Source: Bacteriovoracia bacterium (lineage in GTDB: Bacteria; Bdellovibrionota; UBA1018; CAIPTA01). From it: a stretch of 64,000 nt of DNA. Below the pieces are notes generated by a model, which searched no databases, had not been told where the DNA came from, and saw only the letters and a list, made by a program, of their open reading frames with translations. The stretch covers positions 64,001 to 128,000 of the forward strand of contig JBFWVL010000004.1 of NCBI GenBank assembly GCA_050246755.1, in the 5' to 3' direction. The position numbers were made by a program, and so were the translations under genes. How positions within the stretch are numbered: the first letter of the stretch is position 1; every line of letters starts with the position of its first letter. Of the stretch, positions 35,940 to 46,649 are shown piece by piece.

Positions 35940-37148
35940 ATGAACCAAAATCTTTCGGTTCGAGCGGGAATCTTCTGCCTCGGCGCTATAGTGGCGGCTC
36001 TCGCCGCCGTCACTTTTGCGGAATATGTGCCGGATGATGTAGCCAGTCTCCTTGGAGGAGACGCCGTAGATAAGATACTGACCATTCTTGCGTCAAGTAT
36101 GCTGGCCGTGGTTACGTTTTCTCTTTCTACTCTGATCGCTTCATATTCCGTAGCAGCTTCGGGTGCGCCCGCCAGGGCTACCGCTATGATAATGAGCGAC
36201 CGAGGGGCTCAAACGGCTCTTTCCGCATTTTTAGGCGCCTTCATTTTTAGCATCGTATCACTCGTCGCACTGTCCACCGGCTACTATGGCTCAAAGGGAA
36301 GGGTGATTCTCTTTGGCATCACCATTATCGTTCTTACCGGAGTGGTGTGGACGGTGATTCGCTGGATCGGCCAGCTCTCGGGGTTAGGGCAGCTGGCAAA
36401 TTTAATCAAGGGAGTAGAGCGTTCTACCGTGCGAGTAATTCAGGCGCAAAAAAAACATTTTGCCGAGATAGAAGAAGATACGCCTGTGGCCGAGGGCGAA
36501 TTAATATTTTGTGAACACACCGGATTTTTGCAAACCCTCGATTTAACCAAGCTCACCGAGCTTCTGGATGGCCTAGATGCTGATATCTGGATCGAAGTCT
36601 ATCCCGGTCAGTTCATGTATCCGGGTCTCCCTATGGCGAAGATTTCTAAATCTATTCAGGTTAATGCCGACCTAGTGTCTGAAATTCGCGCCTGTTTTTA
36701 TGTGGGTCGATCGCGTACTTTTGAGGATGATCCCCGCTTTGGTTTCGTGGTCCTTTCGGAGATCGGGTCGCGAGCGTTGTCGCCCGGAATTAATGATCCA
36801 GGCACGGCGGTGGAAATCATCAGCTCGCAACTGAGATTACTCACCGAATTTCATCGGGTGTGCGATTCGCAGGAGGCTGAACGCTTACCCCGCAATATTC
36901 ATCTCAAGCTCATTACGGCTGAGGATGTGCTAGATGACGCCTTTCAAGCCATCGCGCGCGATGGGGCCGCAATGGTGGAAGTAGGAATCGCCCTCCAGAA
37001 GGCGCTTGGATCACTGAGTGAGTACCCCAATTTTGCCGCGCCTGCACGGGCGATGGCGAAAAGAAATATCGAATTCAGCTTGCTGTTGATGAAAAGTAAG
37101 TTCGATAGAGAGCGGCTGCTTCGCGCGGCCTCTTGGCGAAATAATTAG
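35940..37148 (+). CDS. DUF2254 family membrane protein
   Basis: ILASSMLAVVTFSLS, RTFEDDPRFG, RALSPGINDPGTA. Confidence 0.9.
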   Translation: MNQNLSVRAGIFCLGAIVAALAAVTFAEYVPDDVASLLGGDAVDKILTILASSMLAVVTFSLSTLIASYSVAASGAPARATAMIMSDRGAQTALSAFLGAFIFSIVSLVALSTGYYGSKGRVILFGITIIVLTGVVWTVIRWIGQLSGLGQLANLIKGVERSTVRVIQAQKKHFAEIEEDTPVAEGELIFCEHTGFLQTLDLTKLTELLDGLDADIWIEVYPGQFMYPGLPMAKISKSIQVNADLVSEIRACFYVGRSRTFEDDPRFGFVVLSEIGSRALSPGINDPGTAVEIISSQLRLLTEFHRVCDSQEAERLPRNIHLKLITAEDVLDDAFQAIARDGAAMVEVGIALQKALGSLSEYPNFAAPARAMAKRNIEFSLLLMKSKFDRERLLRAASWRNN

Positions 37149-37159
37149 TTTGCGATGCT

Positions 37160-37175
37160 CGGAATGCTTATTGCA
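37160..37175 (+). promoter_or_regulatory. sigma-54 promoter
   Basis: CGGAATGCTTATTGCA. Confidence 0.5.
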
Positions 37176-37198
37176 CGCTCTTGCTGCAAGGAGCTTTT

Positions 37199-37843
37199 AT
37201 GAAAAAATGCCTCAAAACCACGGAAAGAAGTTTGCTCTCCCGAACACTATTGATGCTGGCGATGGCTAGCTTGGCTCTTTTGGGTTCTTGTGCCGCAAAG
37301 GATCTCAGTGCTGGCCGGAGGGCGACGAGCGCGAATTTGGCGCCTGACACCAATTTTAGTTTTCAGGGCACCGTGCTTCCGCGTAAACCCATTTTGTCCA
37401 TGGTGATTCCGAATCGGGTAGTCTTGAAGAAAGATCGGCCGGCGAAAGAAATAGAAGCGGCGGTACGCGAAGTATTGGGCCTCGCGAAAATTTCCCGGAT
37501 CGATGAGGTGACTGCGACGAAAGGTAGAGTCACGCTTTCTGGGGAGGTTTCCGATCCCATCGTAAAGGGAAATCTTCTGAAGGTGGTGGGAAACTTAAAG
37601 GGGGTAACCTCAATCGAGGATAAAATTAGTGTCGCCGCCGCATCTCCAGCGCCGTTTCCGGCTCAACCCGAGCGCCGAGTGGACAAATTATTCGAACGCC
37701 CGCTGATTCCAGTCTTGATTGGCCTGCTCGTACTGGCCGTACTTTGGGGCCTGATTGCGTATCGCCAAAATAAATTGGCGAAAGCCAGGAAAGTAAAATA
37801 TTTTAAAGCAGAAAAAGGCGAAAATTCCAGGAAAACTGCTTGA
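37199..37843 (+). CDS. BON domain protein (putative lipoprotein with C-terminal TM)
   Basis: LLGSC lipobox-like; GRVTLSGEV...KGVTSIEDKISV. Confidence 0.7.
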   Translation: MKKCLKTTERSLLSRTLLMLAMASLALLGSCAAKDLSAGRRATSANLAPDTNFSFQGTVLPRKPILSMVIPNRVVLKKDRPAKEIEAAVREVLGLAKISRIDEVTATKGRVTLSGEVSDPIVKGNLLKVVGNLKGVTSIEDKISVAAASPAPFPAQPERRVDKLFERPLIPVLIGLLVLAVLWGLIAYRQNKLAKARKVKYFKAEKGENSRKTA

Positions 37844-37979
37844 GAGCATCGGGTATTTGGTTTTTCTGTTGAGCTAAATTTGTCTTGTGGCCCGGGCAGG
37901 TGACTGGTCTTTCATTGCCCAATTTCTGCCAGGTAAATCAGGTGTTTTTTACTCTTTCCTGATGCTTGAATCACATATC

Positions 37980-37996
37980 TTTACAAAATATTTACT
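37980..37996 (+). promoter_or_regulatory. KdpE-type tandem binding site
   Basis: TTTACA-AAATA-TTTACT, resembling E. coli TTTATA-N5-TTTACA, upstream of kdpF. Confidence 0.6.
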
Positions 37997-38033
37997 CCAA
38001 AAGCGCGATCCTAAATCAATAACCGGAGGATGT

Positions 38034-38117
38034 ATGGAATTCATTCTGGCAGGGATCGTTAGCATTGGGCTCCTAGTTTACCTAGGGTACGCGCTCTTTT
38101 TCCCTGAGAAATTTTGA
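38034..38117 (+). CDS. kdpF: K+-transporting ATPase subunit F
   Basis: MEFILAGIVSIGLLVYLGYALFFPEKF; GGAGG SD. Confidence 0.9.
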   Translation: MEFILAGIVSIGLLVYLGYALFFPEKF

Positions 38118-38124
38118 GGGTAGT

Positions 38125-39816
38125 ATGAACACAGGTAACTTTTTTGAGCTCCTCTTTTTTTGTGTGGGCCTACTGGTAACGGCTCCAATCCTCGGTTCGT
38201 TTATGGCGCGGCTTTTCCAAAAGGAGGATGGTCTGGTCATCCGTTTCTTCCGGCCGATTGAAACCACGCTATATCGGGCCATCGGAACGAATATGAATCA
38301 GGAGATGGATTGGCGGGAATACGCCGGAGCGCTCATGGCCTTCAACGTGCTCGGCATCTTGGCAGTATTTCTGCTCCAGTTAGCGCAGGCTCATTTGCCG
38401 TTCAACCCTCAGAATTTAGAAAATGTTGGGTGGAGTTCCGCGCTGAATACCGCCGTTAGCTTCGTTACGAATACCAATTGGCAGGGCTATTCCGGGGAAG
38501 TTACGATGAGCTACTTTACCCAAATGCTGGGGCTCACCGTGCAGAATTTCGTGAGCGCGGCCACCGGGATAGCAGTCGTGGCGGTTTTAGCGCGGAGTAT
38601 TTCTAGGAAAACCACCTCCGAAATCGGCAATTTCTGGATGGATCTCACCCGCTCCTCGATTTACGTGCTGCTGCCGCTTTCCCTCCTGTTCGCGGTATTT
38701 CTTATTGGTCAAGGTATCGTGCAAAACCTCGGTGCCTATCCTACGGCCACCACGCTCGAAGGAGCTCAGCAAGTTCTACCAATGGGGCCGGCGGCGTCAC
38801 AGGTGGCTATTAAAATGATTGGCACTAACGGGGGCGGATTTTTCAATTCCAATGCGGCTCATCCCTTCGAGAATCCAACTCCGCTTTCGAACTTCCTCCA
38901 GATATTCTCAATTTTTCTCATTCCTTCGGCACTGGTTTATATGTTTGGCCAGATGACTAATGCACGACGCCACGCTTGGGTGGTGTGGGGGGTGATGATG
39001 GCGCTATTCCTTGGCCTGTTTGCCTTCTCGCTTCTATCCGAAACGAGTTTGAATCCAGTGTTACAGGTAGCAGGAAATATGGAGGGGAAAGAAGCCCGAT
39101 TCGGCGTTTTCGACAGCACTCTCTTCTCAGTGATCACTACAGCGGCCTCGTGCGGTGCTGTGAATGCCATGCATAGCAGCCTTTCTCCGCTCTCTGGACT
39201 GGTGGCATTGCTTAACATGATGTTGGGCGAGGTGATTTTTGGCGGGGTGGGGGCTGGTTTTTACGGAATGATGCTCTTCATTCTGCTCACCGTGTTTATT
39301 GCGGGACTCATGGTGGGTAGAACGCCAGAATATCTCGGTAAGAAAATTGAGAAGCGGGAAGTCACGATGGTGATTCTCGCGATTTTGGCGCCATCAGCTT
39401 GTATTTTGCTTGGCACTGCCATTTCGGTGGTGCTGCCCGCTGGGTTATCGAGCCTGGCGAATCAGGGCCCTCACGGATTCTCGGAAATTCTCTATGCCTT
39501 TACTTCAGCCTCCGCCAATAACGGCAGCGCCTTTGCGGGACTGAATGCCAATACGCTCTACTACAATCTGATGCTGGCCGTGGCGATGTTCGTGGGCCGC
39601 TTTGGAGTGATCCTGCCGATGTTGGCCATAGCCGGGAGCTTGGCCGAGAAGAAATCGTCGCCGCCTTCGCCTGGCACCTTTCGCGTAGACACTTTACTTT
39701 TCGGGGTTCTCTTGATTGGAGTCATTTTGATCGTGGGAGGCCTCACGTTTTTCCCGGCCCTGGCTCTTGGCCCGATCGCCGAACACTTTCTCATGCAAGC
39801 AGGGAGGGTCTTTTAG
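38125..39816 (+). CDS. kdpA: K+-transporting ATPase subunit A
   Basis: NTNWQ.YSGE, GTNGGG, SCGAV, NNGSAF. Confidence 0.97.
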   Translation: MNTGNFFELLFFCVGLLVTAPILGSFMARLFQKEDGLVIRFFRPIETTLYRAIGTNMNQEMDWREYAGALMAFNVLGILAVFLLQLAQAHLPFNPQNLENVGWSSALNTAVSFVTNTNWQGYSGEVTMSYFTQMLGLTVQNFVSAATGIAVVAVLARSISRKTTSEIGNFWMDLTRSSIYVLLPLSLLFAVFLIGQGIVQNLGAYPTATTLEGAQQVLPMGPAASQVAIKMIGTNGGGFFNSNAAHPFENPTPLSNFLQIFSIFLIPSALVYMFGQMTNARRHAWVVWGVMMALFLGLFAFSLLSETSLNPVLQVAGNMEGKEARFGVFDSTLFSVITTAASCGAVNAMHSSLSPLSGLVALLNMMLGEVIFGGVGAGFYGMMLFILLTVFIAGLMVGRTPEYLGKKIEKREVTMVILAILAPSACILLGTAISVVLPAGLSSLANQGPHGFSEILYAFTSASANNGSAFAGLNANTLYYNLMLAVAMFVGRFGVILPMLAIAGSLAEKKSSPPSPGTFRVDTLLFGVLLIGVILIVGGLTFFPALALGPIAEHFLMQAGRVF

Positions 39817-39817
39817 T

Positions 39818-41893
39818 ATGCAAAAGTCACTTTTTTCCAGAGACCTCGTTCTTCAAGCCACGAAGGATTCCTTCGTCAAACTGGATCCCCGCGTGCAGTG
39901 GCGGAACCCGGTGATGTTCATCACCGAAATTGGTGCGCTGCTTACTACCGTTGGGTTGCTAAACGGAGCTCGTACGGGTCACTTTTCCGGATTTGAACTG
40001 CAAATCGCGGGCTGGCTTTGGTTCACCGTGTTATTTGCAAACTTTGCGGAAGCGGTCGCGGAAGGGCGAGGTAAGGCCCAAGCCGATAGCTTGAAAAAAG
40101 CGAGAACGACCACGCAGGCTAGGCGGCTGAATGACGGTAAGGAAGAGCGCGTGCCGGCCACCGACTTGCGTAAGGGCGATCTCGTGATTTGCGAGGCGGA
40201 CGACGTAATCCCCATGGATGGCGAAGTGGCCGAGGGGATCGCCACGGTAGATGAATCCGCGATTACTGGGGAATCCGCGCCGGTAATTCGGGAAAGCGGG
40301 GGAGACCGCTCCGCCGTTACAGGAGGAACCCGCGTGATCAGTGATCGCGTTGTGATTCGTATCACGGCGGAACCCGGCCACACTTTTCTGGATCGCATGA
40401 TTTCCCTTGTGGAAGGCGCCAAGCGCCAAAAGACTCCCAATGAGATCGCCCTCTCGATTTTGCTCTCGGGCCTCACCATCATCTTCTTGCTCGCGGTAGT
40501 TACTCTAAAGTTCTTTGCCGACTATTCGGGCACCGCCGCGGGTCAGGATCTTTCCCAAATCGTGACGGTGCCGGTGCTCATTGCTCTTCTTGTTTGTTTG
40601 ATTCCGACCACGATCGGCGGCCTACTGAGCGCAATCGGCATTAGCGGCATGGATCGGTTAATCCAGAAGAACGTGATCGCGATGAGTGGCCGTGCCGTGG
40701 AAGCTGCCGGGGATATCGACGTATTGCTCCTAGATAAAACTGGCACCATTACCCTGGGTAATCGGATGGCCAGCGAATTCATTCCATCGCCGGGTGAAAC
40801 AGCGGACGACCTCGCGCTCATCGCCCAACTGGCGTCCTTGAGTGATGAAACGCCAGAGGGGCGTAGTATCGTTGTATTGGCGAAGGAGCGATATAATCTC
40901 CGGGCTCAGTCCCTGCAGCCGCACGAAGCGGAGTTTGTGCCCTTTACGGCTCAAACTCGCATGAGCGGAGTGAATATTCGCCAGGGTGGAAAAGAGCAGA
41001 TTATTCGCAAAGGGGCGCTCGATGCTGTGAAAGCCCACATTATTTCTCTCGGCGGAAAAATGCCTCCGGAAGTGGAAGCCGCCGCCAATGATGTTTCTCG
41101 CAAAGGGGGGACCCCTCTAGTTGTAAGCGAAAATTCTCGCGTGCTCGGCGTGGTGTACCTAAAAGACATCGTGAAGGGCGGAATTCGCGAGCGATTCGCG
41201 GAGCTGCGGAAAATGGGAATTCGCACCGTGATGATCACGGGAGACAATCCATTGACGGCCGCGGCCATTGCCGCCGAAGCCGGTGTAGATGATTTCATGG
41301 CCCAAGCCACCCCCGAGTCGAAGCTAAAACGCATTCGCGATGAGCAAGCCAAAGGCCATCTGGTGGCCATGACGGGCGACGGCACAAACGATGCGCCCGC
41401 GTTGGCCCAGGCCGACGTAGGCGTAGCCATGAATACCGGCACCCAGGCGGCGCGTGAGGCCGGAAATATGGTGGATCTCGACAGTAACCCGACGAAGTTA
41501 ATCGAGATCGTGGAGACGGGAAAACAAATTTTAATGACTCGCGGTTCGCTGACTACCTTTAGCGTGGCGAATGATGTGGCCAAGTACTTTGCGATCATTC
41601 CCGCCCTCTTTGCCGGCCTCTACGCGGTGAAGGGAAGCGCGGGGCCGCTGAGTGCGCTCAACGTGATGGGACTGCATTCTCCCGAGAGCGCCATCCTGAG
41701 TGCGGTAATTTTCAATGCCCTCGTTATCATCGCCTTGATCCCGCTTGCGCTCAGGGGGGTGGAATATAGAGCGCTCGGAGCTGCCGCGCTTCTCCAGAGA
41801 AACCTTTTACTCTATGGATTCGGTGGTCTGGTGGCACCTTTTATTGGCATCAAAATAATAGATCTCTTGGTAGTTAGCCTGGGGGTAATTTAA
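39818..41893 (+). CDS. kdpB: K+-transporting ATPase subunit B
   Basis: [24 protein letters not shown]; ATG 39818. Confidence 0.97.
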   Translation: MQKSLFSRDLVLQATKDSFVKLDPRVQWRNPVMFITEIGALLTTVGLLNGARTGHFSGFELQIAGWLWFTVLFANFAEAVAEGRGKAQADSLKKARTTTQARRLNDGKEERVPATDLRKGDLVICEADDVIPMDGEVAEGIATVDESAITGESAPVIRESGGDRSAVTGGTRVISDRVVIRITAEPGHTFLDRMISLVEGAKRQKTPNEIALSILLSGLTIIFLLAVVTLKFFADYSGTAAGQDLSQIVTVPVLIALLVCLIPTTIGGLLSAIGISGMDRLIQKNVIAMSGRAVEAAGDIDVLLLDKTGTITLGNRMASEFIPSPGETADDLALIAQLASLSDETPEGRSIVVLAKERYNLRAQSLQPHEAEFVPFTAQTRMSGVNIRQGGKEQIIRKGALDAVKAHIISLGGKMPPEVEAAANDVSRKGGTPLVVSENSRVLGVVYLKDIVKGGIRERFAELRKMGIRTVMITGDNPLTAAAIAAEAGVDDFMAQATPESKLKRIRDEQAKGHLVAMTGDGTNDAPALAQADVGVAMNTGTQAAREAGNMVDLDSNPTKLIEIVETGKQILMTRGSLTTFSVANDVAKYFAIIPALFAGLYAVKGSAGPLSALNVMGLHSPESAILSAVIFNALVIIALIPLALRGVEYRALGAAALLQRNLLLYGFGGLVAPFIGIKIIDLLVVSLGVI

Positions 41894-42429
41894 TGAAACA
41901 AATCTTTCCTGCACTTAAAGCTTTTCTATTGCTTACTTTTGTTACGGGGGCCGTATACCCGCTGTTAGTTACCGCCATCGGCCAGGCATTTTTTCCGCGG
42001 CAGGCGAATGGTAGCTTGCTGCAGGGAAGCGACGGAAAAATTCAGGGCTCGGAGTTAATCGCGCAGGGGTTCAAAGGCGATAAATATTTTTGGCCGCGTC
42101 CTTCGGCCGTGGACTATAATCCGCTTCCCTCCGGCGGATCGAATCTCGGCCCAACTAGCAAAGCCCTCCAAGACAAATGGCAGGAGCGCCGAAAGGCTGG
42201 GCTAAGCGGGGATCTCTTGGCTGCCTCTGCCAGCGGCCTGGATCCGCATATCTCTCCTGAATCTGCTTATGATCAGGTGCCCCGAATTGCGCAGGCCCGG
42301 GGAAAATCAATAGCAGAGGTGAATGGGCTCATTGCGTCAACGGTAGAGAGGCGTCAGTTTGGATTCCTTGGAGAAAACCGGGTAAATGTATTGAAACTCA
42401 ACCGCTTGCTGGATGAAGGGAAGCCATGA
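41893..42429 (+). CDS. kdpC: K+-transporting ATPase subunit C
   Basis: QANGSL, YFWPRPSA, SASGLDPHIS, VNVLKLN. Confidence 0.96.
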   Translation: MKQIFPALKAFLLLTFVTGAVYPLLVTAIGQAFFPRQANGSLLQGSDGKIQGSELIAQGFKGDKYFWPRPSAVDYNPLPSGGSNLGPTSKALQDKWQERRKAGLSGDLLAASASGLDPHISPESAYDQVPRIAQARGKSIAEVNGLIASTVERRQFGFLGENRVNVLKLNRLLDEGKP

Positions 42430-45110
42430 GCGAGGAACGCCGGCCAAATCCTGAAGATCTTCTCTCCGCAGTAACGAAGCTGGAGAACAGCGGTAAGCGC
42501 GGCCGTCTTCGTTTATTTCTCGGCATGTGTCCGGGCGTTGGAAAAACCTACTCCATGCTCAAGGCGGCTCGTGAGCAAGTAAATCGGGGGGTGAGGGTGG
42601 CGGTAGGGGTAGTAGAAACTCACGGCCGCAGGGAAACAGAAGAGCTACTCACCGGGCTTCACGTTATCCCCCGCTTTGAAACCGAATATAAAGGCACCAA
42701 ACTCACCGAAATGAACCTCGACGCCATTTTACGCGATCGGCCTACCTTAGTTTTGGTAGACGAACTTGCGCACACGAATGCCCCCGGATCCCGCCATGCT
42801 AAACGCTACCAAGATGTGGAGGAGCTTCTTCTTAACGGCATTAATGTTTATTCCACCGTAAACATCCAACATATCGAAAGCCGCAACGATCAGGTGACGC
42901 AAATCACTACCGTGCAAGTAAGGGAGACGGTGCCTGATTCCTTCGTAGAAAAAGCAGATCAGATTGAGCTGGTGGATCTATCGCCCGAAGAACTTCTCAA
43001 GCGCCTGCGAGAGGGCAAAGTATATCTGGGAGATCGTGCCGACGCGGCCATTAAAAATTTTTTCAAAGAAGAACACCTCACCGCTCTCCGTGAATTAGCG
43101 CTTCGCTTTACTGCCGAAAAGGTAGACCAAGATCTTCACAGCCAAATGACGATCAAGGGCATTGAAGGGCCTTGGAACACGAACGAGCGGCTACTCGTGG
43201 CCGTAAGCCATAGCCCATACTCCGCTCGTTTGATTCGTGAAACCAGACGCAAAGCATATGGCCTTGAGGCTCCGTGGGTGGCGCTTTATGTAAATACCGG
43301 CACCGTTTTAAGGGAAGATGATCAAAAGATGCTGCAAGAAAACCTCGCGCTTGCCCGCAGCCTGGGTGCTGAGGTGGTTACGGTGGCCGGCACCGATATT
43401 GCGGCTTCGATTCATAGGATTTGCAGCGAAAAAAACGTGACTCAAATCATAATGGGCCGCCCGGATCGCAGATTTTTCCGCGATATCATTGCTCGCGGAA
43501 ACCTACTCGATCACCTGGTGCGCTCCACCAGCAAGATTGATATTCACGTGGTTCGCGCAGAGAGAAAGCCGCGCTATACCGGCTTTCATATCCATTGGCC
43601 GGCCTTTTATTCGCCTTGGACCTCCTACTACAATACTGCTTGGTTCCTCCTCGGCGTGTCTTTTTTCTGCTATGCCTTGCAGCCTATCGTGGGGTACCGC
43701 GCGCTCGGTTCTATTTTTTTGTTGGCCGTGCTCGTGGTGGCTTCAGTTGCTTCTCGCGGTCCCATCTTAGCCGCTTCGCTGGGTAGCGCTTTCATCTGGA
43801 ACTATTTTTTTATTCCGCCTCGCTTCACCTTTATTATTTCTTCTTACGAAGATTTCATGATGGTGTTTTCTTTTTTTGTGGTGGGAATTGTGGGTGGTTT
43901 ACTTACCTCCAGGATTCGCAAGCAAGAGATTGTGCTGCAAAATCGCGAGCAGAGAACGAGGATTCTCTATGAACTTACGCAAAACCTAGCGGAGGCAGAT
44001 GCTACGGAAGAGATCCAAGATGAGCTGGCCTTGGCCGTTGACCGTCAATTCGGCGGTGCATGCACGATTTTTTTCGCCGACATCCACGGAAAAATCGAAT
44101 GGGAAAAAGGATACGGCAAGAAGCTCACCGAGAACGATGTGGCAGTAGCCCAGTGGGCATTCGAGAACAATAAGCCCGCTGGATGGTCCACCTCCACGTT
44201 ATCCGGTTCGTCCATTCTCTGCCTACCGATGAGGGGGCGTAAGGGCGTGGTTGGGGTGCTGGCTTTTACTCCGATGAAGAGCAAGCGGGATTTTTCGCAA
44301 GAAAAAGAGGGGTTCTTAGATGCCGTTCTCACCCAAGCGGCCACGGCATTTGAGCGTTTTCGTTTCAGCGAAGCGGCGGAAAACGCGCGCGTTTATGAGG
44401 CCTCCGAAACTCTTCATCAAACCCTCCTGAATTCGGTTTCCCACGAGCTGCGCACTCCAATTACAGCGATCATTGGCTCGTCCACCGCCTTGCGCGATCC
44501 CTCCACCGCCAACAACGCAAATGTGCGTGAGGCGCTAACAAATGAGTTAGTACGATCGGCCCATCGTTTGGATCGGGTGGTCGAAAACCTATTGGACCTT
44601 TCGCGCCTCCAAAAAGGCAGCATGCAGCTTAAACAGGAATGGTTTGACCCTTCCGATCTAGTCATGGAAGCGAAGGAAAACTTAACGGAAGATTTAGGTG
44701 GCCGGCAGATAGTGGTTCAGCAAGACGACTCTTTGCTCATAGAAGGGGACTATCAGCTTTTGCTACATTGCCTAGTACAGCTCGTGATGAACGCCATCAA
44801 GTATTCCCCCGATGGAACCCGCATTGAAGTAGATCTCATTCGCGATAGTAGCCGAAATCGAATCCTAGTTCGGGACGAGGGGCGGGGCATTCCAGAGGGG
44901 ATGGAAAAGCAAATTTTTGAAAGATTCTTCCGCCTTCCCGGCACGCCGGCCGGTGGCCTAGGATTAGGGCTCACGATCGTAAAAAGCATCGTCGAGCTTC
45001 ACGGCGGCAGGGTTTCCGCACGCAATCGTTCCGATCGGCAAGGCGCTATTTTCGAAATCTCCCTGCCTTTAAGGCAGCCGCCCGCAGCTCTACGTGAGGC
45101 GATGGTATGA
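42426..45110 (+). CDS. kdpD: Sensor histidine kinase KdpD
   Basis: GVGKTY, VDELAH, USP domain, 4 TM, SHELRTP. Confidence 0.96.
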   Translation: MSEERRPNPEDLLSAVTKLENSGKRGRLRLFLGMCPGVGKTYSMLKAAREQVNRGVRVAVGVVETHGRRETEELLTGLHVIPRFETEYKGTKLTEMNLDAILRDRPTLVLVDELAHTNAPGSRHAKRYQDVEELLLNGINVYSTVNIQHIESRNDQVTQITTVQVRETVPDSFVEKADQIELVDLSPEELLKRLREGKVYLGDRADAAIKNFFKEEHLTALRELALRFTAEKVDQDLHSQMTIKGIEGPWNTNERLLVAVSHSPYSARLIRETRRKAYGLEAPWVALYVNTGTVLREDDQKMLQENLALARSLGAEVVTVAGTDIAASIHRICSEKNVTQIIMGRPDRRFFRDIIARGNLLDHLVRSTSKIDIHVVRAERKPRYTGFHIHWPAFYSPWTSYYNTAWFLLGVSFFCYALQPIVGYRALGSIFLLAVLVVASVASRGPILAASLGSAFIWNYFFIPPRFTFIISSYEDFMMVFSFFVVGIVGGLLTSRIRKQEIVLQNREQRTRILYELTQNLAEADATEEIQDELALAVDRQFGGACTIFFADIHGKIEWEKGYGKKLTENDVAVAQWAFENNKPAGWSTSTLSGSSILCLPMRGRKGVVGVLAFTPMKSKRDFSQEKEGFLDAVLTQAATAFERFRFSEAAENARVYEASETLHQTLLNSVSHELRTPITAIIGSSTALRDPSTANNANVREALTNELVRSAHRLDRVVENLLDLSRLQKGSMQLKQEWFDPSDLVMEAKENLTEDLGGRQIVVQQDDSLLIEGDYQLLLHCLVQLVMNAIKYSPDGTRIEVDLIRDSSRNRILVRDEGRGIPEGMEKQIFERFFRLPGTPAGGLGLGLTIVKSIVELHGGRVSARNRSDRQGAIFEISLPLRQPPAALREAMV

Positions 45111-45799
45111 AGACCAAGACCAAAATCTTAGTTATAGATGATGAGATCTCTGTTTCTCGTTTCGTAAAGCACAGCCTTGAGGCGAACGAGTTCGCGGTGG
45201 TAGAAGCGAATAGCGGAGCATTGGGATTACAGAAGGCCATCGAGGATCGCCCAGATCTAATTGTTCTGGACTTCGGTTTGCCAGACATGACCGGGATGGA
45301 CGTGCTTAGGAAACTCCGTGAGTGGTCTAAGGTGCCGGTACTATTTCTAACCGTGAGGGATTCTGATTCCGACAAGGTGGCGGCGCTCGATGGTGGTGCG
45401 GACGACTACCTCACCAAACCGTTTAGCGTACCGGAACTCTTAGCCCGAATACGAGTTGCCCTTCGCCATGCGCTCCCGGCGGAAGAGTCTCCTATTTTTA
45501 GGTTGGGACCACTGGCAGTGGATCGCTCTGCTCACCTGGTAAAAATTGATGATGCCGAGGTCAAGCTGACGGCCACGGAATACGCGCTGCTGGGAGTGCT
45601 GGTGCAGCATGCGGGCAAAGTGGTTCCGCATCGGATCATCTTGCGTGAGGTTTGGGGCCCTAATTCGGTGGAGCACCATCACTACCTTCGCGTGTATTTT
45701 GGCCAGATCCGCAAAAAGTTTGAGGCGGCAAGAGAAGGTGCGGGCCATTTAATCGAGAATGAGTCTGGGATTGGCTATCGCCTGCGACTTCCTAGCTGA
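45107..45799 (+). CDS. kdpE: Response regulator KdpE
   Basis: OmpR type; EVWG..HYLRVY. Confidence 0.93.
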   Translation: MKTKTKILVIDDEISVSRFVKHSLEANEFAVVEANSGALGLQKAIEDRPDLIVLDFGLPDMTGMDVLRKLREWSKVPVLFLTVRDSDSDKVAALDGGADDYLTKPFSVPELLARIRVALRHALPAEESPIFRLGPLAVDRSAHLVKIDDAEVKLTATEYALLGVLVQHAGKVVPHRIILREVWGPNSVEHHHYLRVYFGQIRKKFEAAREGAGHLIENESGIGYRLRLPS

Positions 45800-45816
45800 G
45801 CGAGTAGAGTCGAAAT

Positions 45817-45893
45817 TGGAGGTGACGGTCGGATTCGCACCGACGAATAACTGATTTGCAATCAGCTCCCTTAGGCTACTCGGGCACGTCACC
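45817..45893 (-). tRNA. tRNA-Cys (GCA)
   Basis: GGTGACG...GCTGA-TT-GCA-AA-TCAGT...GTCGG-TGCGAAT-CCGAC-CGTCACC-T-CCA; cloverleaf, U73 discriminator. Confidence 0.9.
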
Positions 45894-45936
45894 ATCTCGA
45901 AAACTGTAGGAAAATTACGCCAGTCGGGCGGGCAAG

Positions 45937-46572
45937 TCAAACGCCCCGTTTGTCGCCCCATACCACTTTGTGCAGCTGGAGCTGGTAACGCACTTTTAGG
46001 CCGTCCCGCAAAATACTTTCAGGCATCCAGGCCGGATTGCTCTGCGGCATCACGGGGGAAAAGAGCACGGTAAAACGGTTTTCCAGGTCGTGCTTTTTTA
46101 CGAAGTCCTTGGCGAAGAGATAGTCTTTCTCGTCGCAGATTACGAATTTCACTTCATCGGTTGGTTTAAGGGAAGCGAGATTCTTCTCTGATTTCGGGTT
46201 CGCCATCTTGGAGCCGGGAGTTTTAACGTCCATGATGATGCGCACGCCGGCGGGCACTTTGGAGAGGTCTTCCACACCATCGGTTTCGAGCATCACTTCA
46301 TAGCCTTCGTCGATAAGGCGCTGCAGTAGGGCGGGGGCTTCTTTTTGTTCCATGGGCTCGCCGCCAGTGAGCTCCACGAGTTTGCAGGGATAGGCTTTGA
46401 TGCGCTGAATTATTTCGTCGATCGAGACTTCTTGGCCTTCGTGATAGGCATACTGAGTATCGCAGTAGGTGCAACGGAGCTTGCAGCCGGTGAGGCGCAC
46501 GAAGATACAGGGCCGGCCGGCCTGGGTGCTTTCTCCCTGGATACTGAAGAAGATTTCGTTCAGCTTGAGCAT
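45937..46572 (-). CDS. queE: 7-carboxy-7-deazaguanine synthase (radical SAM)
   Basis: EIFFSIQGE, CKLRCTYCDT, TGGEP, QLQLHK. Confidence 0.92.
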   Translation of the reverse strand: MLKLNEIFFSIQGESTQAGRPCIFVRLTGCKLRCTYCDTQYAYHEGQEVSIDEIIQRIKAYPCKLVELTGGEPMEQKEAPALLQRLIDEGYEVMLETDGVEDLSKVPAGVRIIMDVKTPGSKMANPKSEKNLASLKPTDEVKFVICDEKDYLFAKDFVKKHDLENRFTVLFSPVMPQSNPAWMPESILRDGLKVRYQLQLHKVVWGDKRGV

Positions 46573-46607
46573 GGGGGTGGGTATACCTGATTGGGCGTGC
46601 GAAATCC

Positions 46608-46636
46608 TTGACGAAATTGGCAGGAATCGTTAATTT
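46608..46636 (+). promoter_or_regulatory. sigma-70 promoter of the tRNA gene
   Basis: TTGACG-N17-TAATTT. Confidence 0.65.
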
Positions 46637-46649
46637 CGCTGTTCCGTAC

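Noticed and set aside
37844-38033. c-di-AMP riboswitch upstream of kdp
   Set aside because: No recognisable consensus; a KdpE-type box explains regulation.
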